This document shows positions 1 through 12,496 of a stretch of 64,000 nucleotides of DNA, piece after piece. The notes under the pieces were generated by a model, which saw nothing but the letters and a program-made list of their open reading frames with translations, ran no database searches and had not been told where the DNA came from. This stretch comes from Eledone cirrhosa (lineage: Eukaryota): positions 249,922,001 to 249,986,000 of the forward strand of contig OZ024743.1 in NCBI GenBank assembly GCA_964016885.1, read 5' to 3'. A program made the translations under genes and the position numbers. Positions within the stretch are counted from its first letter, which is position 1, and each line of letters starts with the position of its first letter.

Positions 1-919
1 TGTAGTAAATGGTTAAATGAAAGAGAGAATCTGTAGGTTTATGGTTTGGATGAATGAATGAATAAATCAATTGAATCGAATGAATAGATTGAATGAATGA
101 TTGGAATGAAATAGATTCTGATGAGCTTTTGCTATTGATTAGCTTTGATTACTTGCTATATATATGATGACAAGATCAATAATAAAAGACAGCATGCTTC
201 TGATAGAGTTAGCAAAGGAAAATATCAATACATATATATATACATAGATATGTGTGTGTGTGTTGTAAATATATATGTATATACGTATGTATCATTGTAT
301 ACGTATAAAGTCTTACCTTGATGGGATATACAGGTAATCCATTCGACATAATGAATTTCAATTACAACATTGAATAAACCGACATTATAATCCGAAATAG
401 GTAACAATCCAAACAGCTGCACAAAATGGTATATATGTAAAATAAATTTATCTATGTGAATATATATATATATATGATGATGTTGTTATATATATATATA
501 AAGTGTTATATATATTTCTGTGTATGTATGTATTGATTTATCTATCTCTATATAGATAGACAGTATATAAATAGATAGCAAAATAACCTGTTGCTGATGT
601 TATCAAATGATATATTTTGAGATCTTACAAACGGATATATTAGAAATAAAAACAACGATATTTCCCCCCCTCTGCTTCTTTCCAAGTTGTAACTGAAACC
701 CTGAGAATGGTAAAACGTCCAAGTAAAAAAAATGAATAAATAACTGAGTAAAAATCCTTGGAAAGACCAAAACTTCAAAAACTTGGAATAGTATTTTTAA
801 AAGTAAAAATTCTTAATGTGATTATATCAGTCAGATAAAGTTGGAATGGTTAATTTTTTATTGAAAGCCTGGTATAGTTTATATTGTCTATAGAGTGCAT
901 GTGTATATATATATATATA

Positions 920-1265
920 CACACATAACAAACTATAATTCTTCGACAATGTTTATTTATTTCATAACTAACTGTATTTCCTCAACAGTGTGTGTGTATG
1001 TATGTATATATGTCTATATGTCTATATATATATATATAAACTTTACAACTTGCTGTACTACCTCAAAAGTGTATAACTAACTATAGTTCTTCAACAATGT
1101 ATATATATATATATCTACTATATATATATTCATTTCATTAATAACTATAGTTCCTTTACAGTGTGTATACATTTCATAACTAACTGTATTTCCTTCACCA
1201 GAGTGTATATATATTCCATAAGTTGTGTGGTTCCTCAACCATGTGTATATACTTTATAACTTACT
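920..1265. repeat. Degenerate tandem repeat (~40-bp unit, CATAACTAACTGTATTTCCTCAACAGTGTGT-like) interrupted by TA runs
   Basis: The motif ataacta(a)ctrtarttcytcaaca recurs about 7 times. Confidence 0.6.
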
Positions 1266-1766
1266 TCCAGACTGACTGGCTTGAAAAATCTGTTTGTCAT
1301 CAAGTGATGGAAAGTAAGAAGAAAAAAATAAAGGAGGAAGGAAGGAACTGAAAATAATAATACTAATAATAAAAGAGTGGGGTGGCTAGAGGTGTGAGGG
1401 GAAGAAAGAACCCTCCCCCTCCTTCCTATCCTCTATCAAAACTACCAAAGTAAGTAAAGAACTGTCAACATAAGAAACTCCTTAAGGGGGTCTCTCTACT
1501 ATAATAAGAGAGTTGGTATGGTGAGCCTTTAAAGGGGTTGGCCAAGCAGGAAGCAAGGTGGGGGGATCGAGTGGTGGTGATGGAAGGGGAGGGTTAGGAA
1601 GTTTAAGAAAAAAGGCTAGGGGGCGAGGAAGAGAGGAGGGTGATAGTGGTGGTAGTGGGAGGTGTGTGGGTGACTGCAGCAACTGCCCAGTCTACAGTTA
1701 AGGGGTAGAAGAAAGAAAAAAAGAGGTATACTGAGGTAAGTTTATTAGATCTGGGACATTTATGTG

Positions 1767-1799
<33 letters not shown>

Positions 1800-1899
1800 A
1801 AGGAACGATCGACTTTCGTCAAATCGGACCGAGGGAACAATGTTTCCGTTGGTCTTTCCAATTGCTAATACTATCTATCGGTTGCAACTCCAGGTAGAA

Positions 1900-1962
1900 G
1901 GAGCAACGTGAAATAAAGTGTCTTGCTCAAGGACATAACGCATCGCCTGGTCCAGGAATCGA
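1900..1962 (-). mobile_element. Fragment of tRNA-derived SINE family B
   Basis: gagcaacgtgaaataaagtgtcttgctcaagga is the reverse complement of the SINE core at about 54180-54212. Confidence 0.7.
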
Positions 1963-1981
1963 TATATATATATATTATATA

Positions 1982-2030
1982 TGATGCAATTCAATTCAAG
2001 CACTCATATATATATATATATATACCTATA

Positions 2031-2080
<50 letters not shown>

Positions 2081-2117
2081 CACACATACATCCATATATA
2101 TATATATATATATGGAT

Positions 2118-2164
<47 letters not shown>

Positions 2165-2185
2165 TGCTTGAATTGAATTGCATCA
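1982..2185. repeat. 25-bp perfect inverted repeat enclosing a (TA)n/(CA)n tract
   Basis: tgatgcaattcaattcaagcactca (1982-2006) versus tgagtgcttgaattgaattgcatca (2161-2185). Confidence 0.9.
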
Positions 2186-2194
2186 ATGTTTACC

Positions 2195-2237
<43 letters not shown>

Positions 2238-2391
2238 ATCCATATATATATAATCCCAAAACTATGCTTTGCATATATATATATATAGATATAGATATAC
2301 AAATACATGCATATCTATATATATATGTATATATATACACATATATATATACATATATATACACACACACATATATAAATACACACACAAG

Positions 2392-2424
<33 letters not shown>

Positions 2425-2989
2425 AAACAGTAGCTAGTAGCTGGGTAGCCCCACCCTGGTAGAGGGTGGATGTGGTTGTTTTGAGAAGACAAATGGGAGG
2501 GATCTGGTGGCAGTGGTGGTGGGGTAGACAAGGCTATTAATTATAAAGTAGGGGAGAGGGAGAAGGATGACAGGTGAAAGAGGGGGGTATGGAGTTGATG
2601 AAATACCTCTATGGAGTAGTTATAGAGGTGTTAGAGGAAAAGGGGGAAGAAGAAGAAAAAGAGATGGTAAGTATGAGTAAGGAGGAGGTGGGTGGTATAA
2701 GTTGCCAAGAGATAAGAATAAATAACTGTAAATTACTGCTTTTGGGGAGGGGGGGGGGCGATAAAGAGACTGAAGGTGGGGGAGGTATGAGAGATAGAGA
2801 GATTGAGGTAGGGGTTAGAGAGACTGAGGTAGGAGTAGGGATGCTTGAGATAATGGGGTGTGGCAATTATATTAGGGTGGAGTTGGCATGGATGGGAGGG
2901 ATGAACATGAAGCAAGGAGCAGAGATGGTGCAGTGGTGAGGGTGGAGGTGTATATATGTTTGAAGATGTTTGAAGTGTCTTGGATGGTT

Positions 2990-3292
2990 GTTAGTTGTGG
3001 TGTGGGTGGGACTGGTGATAGTGGTGGTGTTAGTGGTGTTAGTGGTGGTGGTGGTGGTGTGGTGGTGGTGATGGTGTTAGTGGTGGTAGTGATGGTGGTG
3101 GTGGTAGTGATGGTGGTAGTGGTGTTAGTGGTCGTGGTGGTGGTGGTATTAGTTGTGGTAGTGATGGTGGTGGTAGTGATGGTGGCGTTAGTTATGGTAG
3201 TGATGGTGTTAGTGGTAGTGGTGGTGGTGGTGGCAGTAGTGGTGGTGGTAGTAATAGTGGTGTTAGTTGTGGTAGTGTTGGTAGTGTTGGTT
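2990..3292. repeat. (GGT/AGT/GAT)n low-complexity trinucleotide tract
   Basis: Read directly; it produces spurious poly-Val and poly-Thr ORFs. Confidence 0.9.
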
Positions 3293-3683
3293 TTGCTACA
3301 TTCCTTCAAGTCTAGTGTATAAAAGACTGACAGATAGGATGGCATATTAAGATATCAGTAATAATATTGGGGTGGAGGAGGTAATGAAGGTTGGAGGTGA
3401 TTGTGGCTTGGTGATTTTGGTGATGGTAGTGGTTGTTGAGACATTAATAGTGAAGGGTGATGGTGATGTTGGTGGAGGTATTAATGGTGAAGGGTAATAA
3501 GTGTTTCTACTATAGGCACAAGGCCAGCAATTAAACCAGTGTATTACTGGTACTTTATTTTCACTCTGTAAGGATGAAAGGCAAAGTTAACCACAGTGGG
3601 ATTATGATGAAGATGGTAGTTTTTGTGATGATGGTGGTATTGGTGATAGTTGTGGTGGAGGTATTAGTAGGGGAGGGTGATGA

Positions 3684-3890
3684 TGGTTTCTTATATAGGC
3701 ACAAGGCCAGCAATTTTCGAGGAGGGGAAAGTTGATTAAATTGACCCCAGTGCGTGACTGGTACTTTATTTTATCGACACCGTAAGGATGAAAGGCAAAG
3801 TTAACCTCAGCGGGATTTGAACTCAGATCATAAAGGGCTGTAACTCTATGCTGCAAAGCATGGTGTCCGACTCCCTACTGATACTGCCAA
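3684..3890 (-). mobile_element. SINE family A copy (partial copy also at ~3500-3602)
   Basis: Shared core gcctttcatcctt..gtcgataaaataaagtaccagt and B-box-like gagttcaaatcc; homologous to copies at 4548, 22545, 45580, 49490 and 55952. Confidence 0.8.
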
Positions 3891-4097
3891 GATGATAATG
3901 GTGGTAATTTTGATGATAGAGGTGGTGGAGGTATTAGTAGTGAAGGGTGGTGGTTTTCGTAGTGATGATGATAGTGCTGATGAACTTGTCAATTCAGGAA
4001 GTGAAAGTGGGTGACTCTAGGAAAGAGAACCTTAAAAAGAATACAGGGGAAATTCTTGAATGAATATACACACACACAAACATATGCACACATTGTA

Positions 4098-4310
4098 CAC
4101 CACCACCACCACACCATGTTCATTGTCATCATCATCATCATCATCACTATCACCATTGCCATTATCCACCACCACCACCATCATCATCATCATCACTATT
4201 TACACCAAGAAAATGGCCAGCACCACCACCACCAGCCCCACCACCGTCATTCCCATCACCATCATCACCATAACCTCCACCACCACCCCTGCCACAATCA
4301 TCACCATACT
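4098..4310. repeat. (CAC/CAT)n low-complexity tract
   Basis: Read directly; it produces a spurious poly-His ORF. Confidence 0.9.
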
Positions 4311-4518
4311 TCTGTCTCCACGCCATGTTTGTGTCTTAGTTTTCCTCCAGTGCAGCACCTGGTCCTCTTTGACAGTCCTACCATTTGTTGCATCCCTGAG
4401 ATTGAATCTCACCAGTTCCTTCTAAGTCTTCCAGGGTTTCCCACTTCCATAGAATACATAATTATTGCCATATATTTATAAAATATAAAATTGTGTCTTG
4501 TGTATTTATAAATAATGT

Positions 4519-4928
4519 TTAACCCTTTAGCATTCACATTACTTTATACGGTGGATTGGCAGTGTCGGTAGAGAGTCGGACACCATGCTTTGAAGCATAG
4601 AGTTACGTCCCATTATGATCTGAGTTCAAATCCCGCCGAGGTTAACTTTGCCTTTCATCCTTACGGGGTCGATAAAATAAAGTACCAGTAATACACTGGT
4701 TAATTGCTAGCCTTGTGCCAAAAGTAGAAACAATTACTTTACATTTACCATTGTATTTTTGTGATAAAAGCTTTACCTCACATAATGTTGAATCAATGAG
4801 ATTTTGATATTATTTATTTTGAGAACATTACCTTAACATTAGTATGAGTGGCCAGTTACAGCCAGTTTGAACAGAAAGAGGTGAGGGAATTCTGGCTGGA
4901 TATGGCCAGTTTAAATGCTAAAGGGTTA
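4519..4928. mobile_element. piggyBac-like MITE (TTAA-CCCTTTAGCATT...AATGCTAAAGGG-TTA) containing a nested SINE A
   Basis: 12-bp terminal inverted repeat beginning CCC, flanked by TTAA on the left and TTAT on the right. Confidence 0.6.
4548..4736 (+). mobile_element. SINE family A, near full length
   Basis: Head ggtggattggcagtgtcggtagag, B box gagttcaaatccc, core gcctttcatcc, tail tagaaacaatta. Confidence 0.85.
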
Positions 4929-5869
4929 TGGTACATCAGTGTGTGAGTATATAATATATGTGTGTGTGTATATATGGCTGTGTGTGTGTGTGTTTGTGTG
5001 CATTTTAAAATATATTTAAGATACATGTGTATGTGTATATGTGTGGTGGTCCATTAGTTCCTTGCTAGCAGGGAAAAATGGACATTAAATGATGATGTCA
5101 AAATGATTAGAGCTGGGTACTTAGCTAAACTGGTAACACAATATCATCATCATCATCATCATTTCATTTTACGTCCGCTTTTTCCCTGCTTGCAATATAT
5201 ATATCTATATATATATATATATCAATATATATATCAATATATATATCTATATCTCTATATATGGTCACCCGAGCAATCTTGCCTCAAGTAGGACAAATTC
5301 CCGTCTAAACCCATGCTAGCGTGGAAGATAGACGTTAAACGTTGATGTTGATAATGATGATGATAATATGTAGAGTTCCAAGTTGTGTCGTGGAGTGGGG
5401 GTGCAACCCCAGTTAAAAACGGTGCTCAATACATTAGTAAAGTATATAAATTAAAATATATATATAGGAACTATACCTTATATCTATACCTACTCTATAA
5501 CTTAATATACATTGAGCACTACCTCTTCCTGGTCTCTAAACTGTGAATACTTCAATGTGTATGTGTATGTGTGCGTGTGTGTTTATGTTTGTTTGTGTTT
5601 ACTATTTGTGTTTATGTTAATTGTTTGTTTGAAAAAATAATGTACTGAGGCTGATATGATCAACTAGTAAATATTACAATGGTGCTTGAGCAAGGCTGCA
5701 GTCTAATAACTAAAAGAGTAATATGTGTGTGTGTGTCTGTGTATGTGTGAGTGCGTGTGTGTGCCTGTGTATGTGAGTGTGTGTACGTATCAAATACATA
5801 ATATGAGGTTTGATTACACATATCAAAAAATATGTAGCACTTGATACAAAATTGTTGAGTAAATATAAG

Positions 5870-6684
5870 TGTATGTATGTCTGAATGTATGTATGTACAC
5901 ACACAGACACACACATATATATATTAGGAGTATGTAAATATATCCAAGATAGCAATGTAAATATTGGCACACACACACATGTTAGAAAGGAAGCCCCAGA
6001 GAGACTTACTGCTGAGAGCTCCCTTAACACAGCAGAACACACTAGAATACTTCCTGCTCCCTCTCAAAGAACTTGTTGCCCCTTTAACAGTAGACAAGAC
6101 TATAACAAGTTTACTACAGTCAGTATTAAACAGCTGCTATATATATTGCCTGAAACTTCAATTGGGATGTTTAAACAATGTTTACAATAGTTTACATTTT
6201 ACTGGAGAACATTTATAATTATTCAGTGCTTTTATCTTATTTTTAGCATAGTTTATTAGCATATTTGAGCATATATTTAACTCTTTTGGTGCATTATGTC
6301 TGATGTATGACTCTTCCAGTAATTTTCAAATCATTTTGAAAATAATCAAGTGTTTGGATAGATTGAGCAATATAATTCACATTCTCATTATTAAGCTAGT
6401 GTTCGGCCCTTGTGGCCAATAAATGAAATCATTATTAAGCTAGTGTTTGGAACATAATTTAACATAAAAATAAATATTTTAAAAATAAACATTTTAAAGA
6501 ACCAGTCGTGATTTCAGTCAGTTAAATAACTGAAATGGTTAACTAAAGTATTGTAAGAGAATGTTTTAGTTTTTAAATGATTTTCTCTTACTTTTAGCAT
6601 ATTTTAGCATTTGATTAATGCCATTTTAAGACTATGTAACTAATTTCATTACATTTTGTTGTAATGTAAATTTATATATAAAAG

Positions 6685-6738
<54 letters not shown>

Positions 6739-6838
6739 CCAATATTTACATTGCTATCTTGGATATATTTACATACTCCTAATATATATATGTGTGTGTC
6801 TGTGTGTGTACATACATACATTCAGACATACATACATA
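5870..6838. repeat. ~110-bp near-perfect inverted duplication (5870-5980 / 6722-6838) with a ~740-bp spacer
   Basis: ttaggagtatgtaaatatatccaagatagcaatgtaaatattggcac and its exact reverse complement. Confidence 0.9.
6277..6543. mobile_element. Old TTAA-flanked MITE-like family (other copies ~15611-16025 in tandem, ~23870-24115, ~30710-30940)
   Basis: Shared internal motifs ttttgaaaataatcaag and ctcattattaagctrgtgtttggaacata; ttaa-cyc(t) / (a)ggg-ttaa-like ends. Confidence 0.55.
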
Positions 6839-7104
6839 CAGAAACACACACACACACACATTACCATCATCATTTCATTTTACGTCCGCTTTTTCCCTGC
6901 TATATATAATGTGTGTGTGTGTGTGTTTAAGTATTTCTGTAGAAAGGGTAAAGGAAAGAAGAGTGCTCTATGTATAGTACAGGGGTATTTAATTATCTGG
7001 TGAACGACTGAACTTTTCTGTAAGGATCGTCTAGTCTCCTGAAACCTTTGATAATGGAATAATTATATTGTGTTGTATATTATGTAATTAAATATATATA
7101 TATA

Positions 7105-7406
7105 TATCATCATCATCATCATTTTACGTCTGCTTTTCCCTGCTTGCAAGGGTAGGATGGCAACTGATTCTAGCTTGATTTCTACAGCTGGATGCCCTTT
7201 CTAACACCAACCTCATTTGCAGTGTGGGCTGGGTGCTTTTTTGCCGTGGCACCTCCACGACCACTTTGCAGTGGAATGATATGGACCCCAGTCCTATGAT
7301 CTCATTTCTACAGCTCAAGGAAACAACACATCGCCCAATCTGAGAATTGAACTCACAACCTTTCGATTGCAAGGCCAATGCTCTAACCACTAAGCCATGT
7401 GCCTCC
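7105..7406 (-). mobile_element. tRNA-derived SINE family B with an RTE-type 3' tail
   Basis: Reverse complement of 54099-54515: A box tggcttagtgg, B box gagttcaattc, tail gcagggaaaagc..gtaaaa(tga)n. Confidence 0.85.
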
Positions 7407-7724
7407 ATATATATATTTGTTTGTGTACATACACCTACACATACACATACACAATGAACCTAATAAAACGAACCCACTGCAATCTATGGTCAGGAAAAGC
7501 ATCCAGCCATAAAAACTTGCCAAAACATAGTGTTGGAAAAACTGTTCAGTTGTGTCAAGGGCACAACAACCTCCCTTACACCAGTGTCACAATAAAATAT
7601 ACAAAATACTCTCTGTAAAGTGTAGGAATGTATGTAAGGGATTTGATTGTGTGCTGACATGGACTGTAATGATCTGTCCAGCCTATAATAGTATAGAAAA
7701 GTGGACATTAAATAATCATTATCA

Positions 7725-8125
7725 TAATCATCATCATCATCATCATCATCATTGTCATTTACTGTCATGAAACAAGTCAGGTCTGGAGACTACATATGGA
7801 TCCTGTAATTTGGCTTGGTTTCTACAGCTGGATCCTCTTCCTTACACCAACCACGTTACAGTGTGGACTGGGTACTTTTTATCGTGGCACCAAAATGACC
7901 ATCTAACAGAGTGGACTAGGTGCTTTTTGTGAAGTCACCAACACAACCTTCTTACAGGCTGGACTGGGTGATTTTTTCATGTCACTAGCTCAACCCCCTT
8001 ACAGAGTGAATTAGGTGTTTTTTCTCATGTCACCAACACAACCACCTTACAGGATAGACTAGGTGTTTTTGTTGCTGTGGCACCAGAGCAACGTGCAAGG
8101 TGGACTTGGTGCTTTTTATTGTGGC
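7725..8125 (-). repeat. Decayed SINE/RTE-3'UTR module with ~6 degenerate internal tandem units
   Basis: tctacagctggat..ttccttacaccaacc followed by repeated (a)cagagtggactrggtgytttt units. Confidence 0.6.
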
Positions 8126-8394
8126 AGTGGTATGGAAGATCAGATCTAGAGTACGTCCAGCTTTTATCCTTGTTTGTGAGGGTAGGACAGGTGTGGTATA
8201 TCAGGGGGAAGGTTTGGAGGGGTAACAAGTAAGCAGGTTTGACATGGACAAGGTGCATGGGTATTTTGTTGGTGAGGGAAGGGTATTAAACCTGGGGAGA
8301 GTGATTAGTATAGATTATGTTATATATATATATGTATATACATGTAAATGAAGGAAACAAAAAAGAAACAAACTAGAGGACACATTAACATAAA

Positions 8395-8462
8395 GTTATA
8401 TTAGTTTCATGCTTAGAGGAAGAAGAAGTCAACGTATTGGGCATTTGCCCTTCATCAGGAAA
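8395..8462 (-). ncRNA. Degenerate hammerhead-like motif, family D
   Basis: Minus strand reads cCTGATGAaGGGCaaatGCCCaatacgttg; the GAAA box is mutated. Confidence 0.4.
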
Positions 8463-8899
8463 AAGTGCAAAGAAAAAAAAAAATAAAAGAGTTTTTACAG
8501 AATAAAATTAGAAAGAAAATAAAAAAAGAAAAAGGAGAGGGGGATGAGGAGAATAATAGTGGGTGGGGCAGTGGTCTGGCATGCAAGTGTGGGGGTCATG
8601 GTAAGGGGTGAAGACGTGTAGTTGGTGGTTGTGTGTAGGTCGGGTGCATATTATGATGTATGGGTGTTAAGTGTGTTGTTGGTGGAAGTGTGTGTGTGTG
8701 AGTACAACACATGCAACAATACACATGCACACATGAATATGCACACAAACACATACATGTATGTGTACACACACATACACCTGTATCCCTGTGTAAGCAC
8801 TTGTGAATGTGTGTGCACATATGTATGTTAGTATGTGTGTTTGAACAATGTTTCTGTCAATTTATGGTAAGTGAAGTAACATAGATGACATGTATGATA

Positions 8900-9870
8900 T
8901 GGTGAGGTGGTGTTAGTAATGGTGGTGGTGACGTCGGTGAGGTGGTGGTGTTGGTGTTAGTAATGGTGGTGGTGATGTCGGTGAGGTGGTGGTGGTGTTA
9001 GTAATGGTGGTGGTGACGTCGGTGAGGTGGTGGTGTTGGTGTTAGTAATGGTGGTGGTGATGTCGGTGAGGTGGTGGTGGTGTTAGTAATGGTGGTGGTG
9101 ACGTCGGTGAGGTGGTGGTGTTGGTGTTAGTAATGGTGGTGGTGATGTCGGTGAGGTGGTGGTGGTGTTAGTAATGGTGGTGGTGACGTCGGTGAGGTGG
9201 TGGTGTTGGTGTTAGTAATGGTGGTGGTGATGTCGGTGAGGTGGTGGTGGTGTTAGTAATGGTGGTGGTGACGTCGGTGAGGTGGTGGTGTTGGTGTTAG
9301 TAATGGTGGTGGTGATGTCGGTGAGGTGGTGGTGGTGTTAGTAATGGTGGTGGTGACGTCGGTGAGGTGGTGGTGTTGGTGTTAGTAATGGTGGTGGTGA
9401 CGTCGGTGAGGTGGTGGTGGTGTTAGTAATGGTGGTGGTGACGTTGGTGAGGTGGTGGTGGTGGTGGTGTTAGTAATGGTGGTGGTGACGTCGGTGAGGT
9501 GGTGGTGTTGGTGTTAGTAATGGTGGTGGTGACGTCGGTGTGGTGGTGGTGGTGGTGACGTTGGTGAGGTGGTGGTGGTGTTAGTAATGGTGGTGGTGAC
9601 GTCGGTGAGGTTGTGGTGTTGGTGTTAGTAATGGTGGTGGTGACGTTGGTGAGGTGGTGGTGGTGTTAGTAATGGTGGTGGTGACGTCGGTGAGGTTGTG
9701 GTGTTGGTGTTAGTAATGGTGGTGGTGACGTCGGTGAGGTGTTGGTGTTAGTAATGGTGGTGGTGACGTCGATGAGGTTGGTGTTGGTGTTAGTAATGGT
9801 GGTGGTGACGTCGGTGAGGTGGTGGTGTTAGTGTTAGTAATGGTGGTGGTGACGTCGGTGAGGTTGGTGT
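8900..9870. repeat. GT-rich minisatellite; 44+41-bp units form an 85-bp higher-order dimer in the first half
   Basis: The anchor ttagtaat occurs at 8913, 8957, 8998, 9042, 9083 and onward; GAC and GAT variants alternate. Confidence 0.95.
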
Positions 9871-10984
9871 TGGTGTTATTGTTGGTGATGGTGTTGGTAG
9901 TGTTAGTGTTGGTGATGGTGAAGGTGATGGTGAAGGTGGTAGTTTTGGTGGCATTGGTGTTGGTGCTGGTGATGTTGGTGCTGGTGGTGTAGGTGAGATG
10001 TTGGCGTTGGTGTTGGTGGTGATGTTGGTGATGGTGATGTTGGTGATGTTGGTGGTGGTGGTGTTGTTGGTGAGATGGTGGTGGCGTTGTTGTTGGTGGT
10101 TTTTGTGATGGTGATGATGAGGGGATGGTGTTTGTGGTGCTGATGATGGTGGTGGTGATGGTGATAGTATTGGTGATGGTGTTGGTGAGGTGACAGTAAT
10201 GATAAACCTGAATTGAAGTTGGTGCTGGTTGGTGAAGTGATATGATAACAACACTAAACAGTAAGTTAATTAATAGGTCTTTAAATAAATTTCAAAACAA
10301 AAAACAACTATTACAACAAAAAAATCTTCCTCTTTCTGATGTATTAAAAGCAAGATAACAGCTGGGAGTATTTACACCTACATATATATATATATATACA
10401 CACACACACATACAGCTGTGTTTTTGTAAATGAATATACAAAGGTAATATATAAAGTAAGCAACTTTGATAAAAAAATAATGTTGTAAATATCCCCTCTT
10501 CCACTAAAAACCTATCAGCTTTTCTTTCTCTGTCCATGTTGTGAGATCAGATAAACAGAACAGTTTAGAAGTTGATTTCAAGAGAAGATCACTTTACCAC
10601 AAAAAGAAAAAAAAATGACTTCAAGAAATTAAAGAACCTAGATGAAAAACTTCTAAGATGAGGTTTTCTGCATCATTTCCTTGCAAAATAGGTTTATTTA
10701 ATTTACAAATCTTGGGTTGAATTTTATCCTTAAGAAATTTTCAGATGCCTGTTTGTTTCTTTTTATATTATGTTGGCAACACACACACAAACTATCTAAG
10801 ACTAAGTAAAATAAATCTTTTTATTATTATATATTTTTTTTTGAAATACCATTTCAAAGACCAAATTTCTCATTATCAACCATTTATGATCTTTTATTTG
10901 AAAATATACTTCAGTGTCTTTTTTTAAATTCAATTTGTATATATGCGAAAAGTAAATGGAAAAACAACAAAGAAAACAATACAA

Positions 10985-11060
10985 TGAAGATATTAGTTTA
11001 ACGCTTAATATAGTAAGAAAAGAGTCTTAAGGTCTTCGATGCTTGTCCTTCATCAGAAGA
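10985..11060 (-). ncRNA. Degenerate hammerhead-like motif, family D
   Basis: Minus strand tcttCTGATGAaggacaagcatcgaagaccttaaga; same tail as 33340-33425. Confidence 0.4.
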
Positions 11061-11319
11061 TAGAATGAAAAATAAAAGAAATAGAAAGATAGAGGAGCAT
11101 GAGAAGAAGGTGTACGTGTTCAGTCAGCAATTTTTTTGGGGGAAAAATATACAAACATAGAGGAAACTATGACTCTGAGATGAAGGAAATTCATTACACA
11201 ATTACTTGGTTTCAACTCAGTCTAATGTGTGGTGGAATCTTGGGAATGTGTCTCCTACTATAGCCTCATTTTGACCAATGCTTTGTGTGTGAAATTTGGT
11301 AGACAGCGACTATTACACA

Positions 11320-12093
11320 TCATCATCGTTTAATGTATATTTTTTCATGCTAGCATGGGTTAGACGGGTTGTCCCATTTGAGGCAACTTGGATCAGGTAA
11401 TTGTGTCTTGCTCACACAGAACTGTTTCTGGGTTGGTTTCTACGTCTGGATGTCCTTCCTAATGCTAACCACATTTACAGCGTGTGCTGGGTACTTTTTG
11501 GCATGACTTCTACATGATCACATGTGTATATATGTGTGTATGTATGTATGTATGTATATATGTATTTATATATATATGTATATATATCATCACCGTTTAA
11601 CAACTAATTTTCCATGTTTGCATAGGTTAGGCGGGTCACCCGCATTACGAGGTATGTCTAGTCAGTTGGTTGCACCATACCTTGCTCAAACAGAAGTGTA
11701 TTTTGGCCAGTCTTTTACAGCTGGATGCCCTTCCTAACACCAACCACATTTACACTACGGAACTGATGGTCCCTTTATGAGAGAGGTCTGGCCAATTGGC
11801 TGTGCCATACTCTGCTCATAAGTGGATCCATATTTAGGAGCTGGGTGGACCCAGAAAGGTCTGGTCAGCTGGCCACATGATACACTGCTCATAGCAGAAC
11901 CACATTTTGGGAGATATGTGGGCATGTTATGAAGAAGATCTGTCCATTTGGCCACCCCAAACCTTGCACAAAGCAGGACCAGTGTTTTGGGTGTATTTTT
12001 TTATAGCTGCTGGATGTGTTTTCTAACACCAACCACATTTACAGTGTGGGCTTGGGTGTTCCCACTTATGAGGCAAGTCAGGCCTGTTGGTTA

Positions 12094-12147
<54 letters not shown>

Positions 12148-12490
12148 CACACAGTCCACGCTGTAATGTGGCCGTGTAGGTAACACGGTAAAAACCTCCC
12201 AGTCCACACTGTATTCGTGGTTGGCGTTAGGAAGGGCATCGAGCCGTAGAAAACCCACCAGACATGTAGGTGTCACGACAAAAAAAACACACAGTCCACG
12301 CTGTAATGTGGCTATGTATGTAACATGGTAAAAACCACCCAGTCCACACTGTAAACGTGGTTGGTGTTAGGAAGGGCATCCAGCCGTAGAAAACCCGCCA
12401 GACAGTCCTATACGAGCAGGACAACCAATCTTGCCTCAATTGGGAAAACTCCCGTCCAAACCCATGCAAGCGTGGAAGATGATGATGATA
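11320..12490. repeat. Cluster of SINE/RTE-tail modules in both orientations, separated by TA tracts
   Basis: Repeated gctggatgcccttcctaacaccaacc / ggttggtgttaggaagggcatccagc motifs and (gat)n tails. Confidence 0.7.
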
Positions 12491-12496
12491 TATATA

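Noticed and set aside
116-160. CTGATGAG as a hammerhead core (also 14865(-), 29973, 31778(-), 42680, 59715(-))
   Set aside because: No suitably placed GAAA/NUH or supporting helices; likely chance 7-mers
1923-2531. Numerous YIYIYI/THTH/VCVC ORFs here and throughout the window
   Set aside because: They are translations of (TA)n and (CA)n microsatellites with no coding signal
2872-4481. Poly-Thr/Val (mucin-like) and poly-His ORFs; also 9790-10254, 37407-37884 and 42767-43009
   Set aside because: Trinucleotide low-complexity DNA that is open in several frames on both strands
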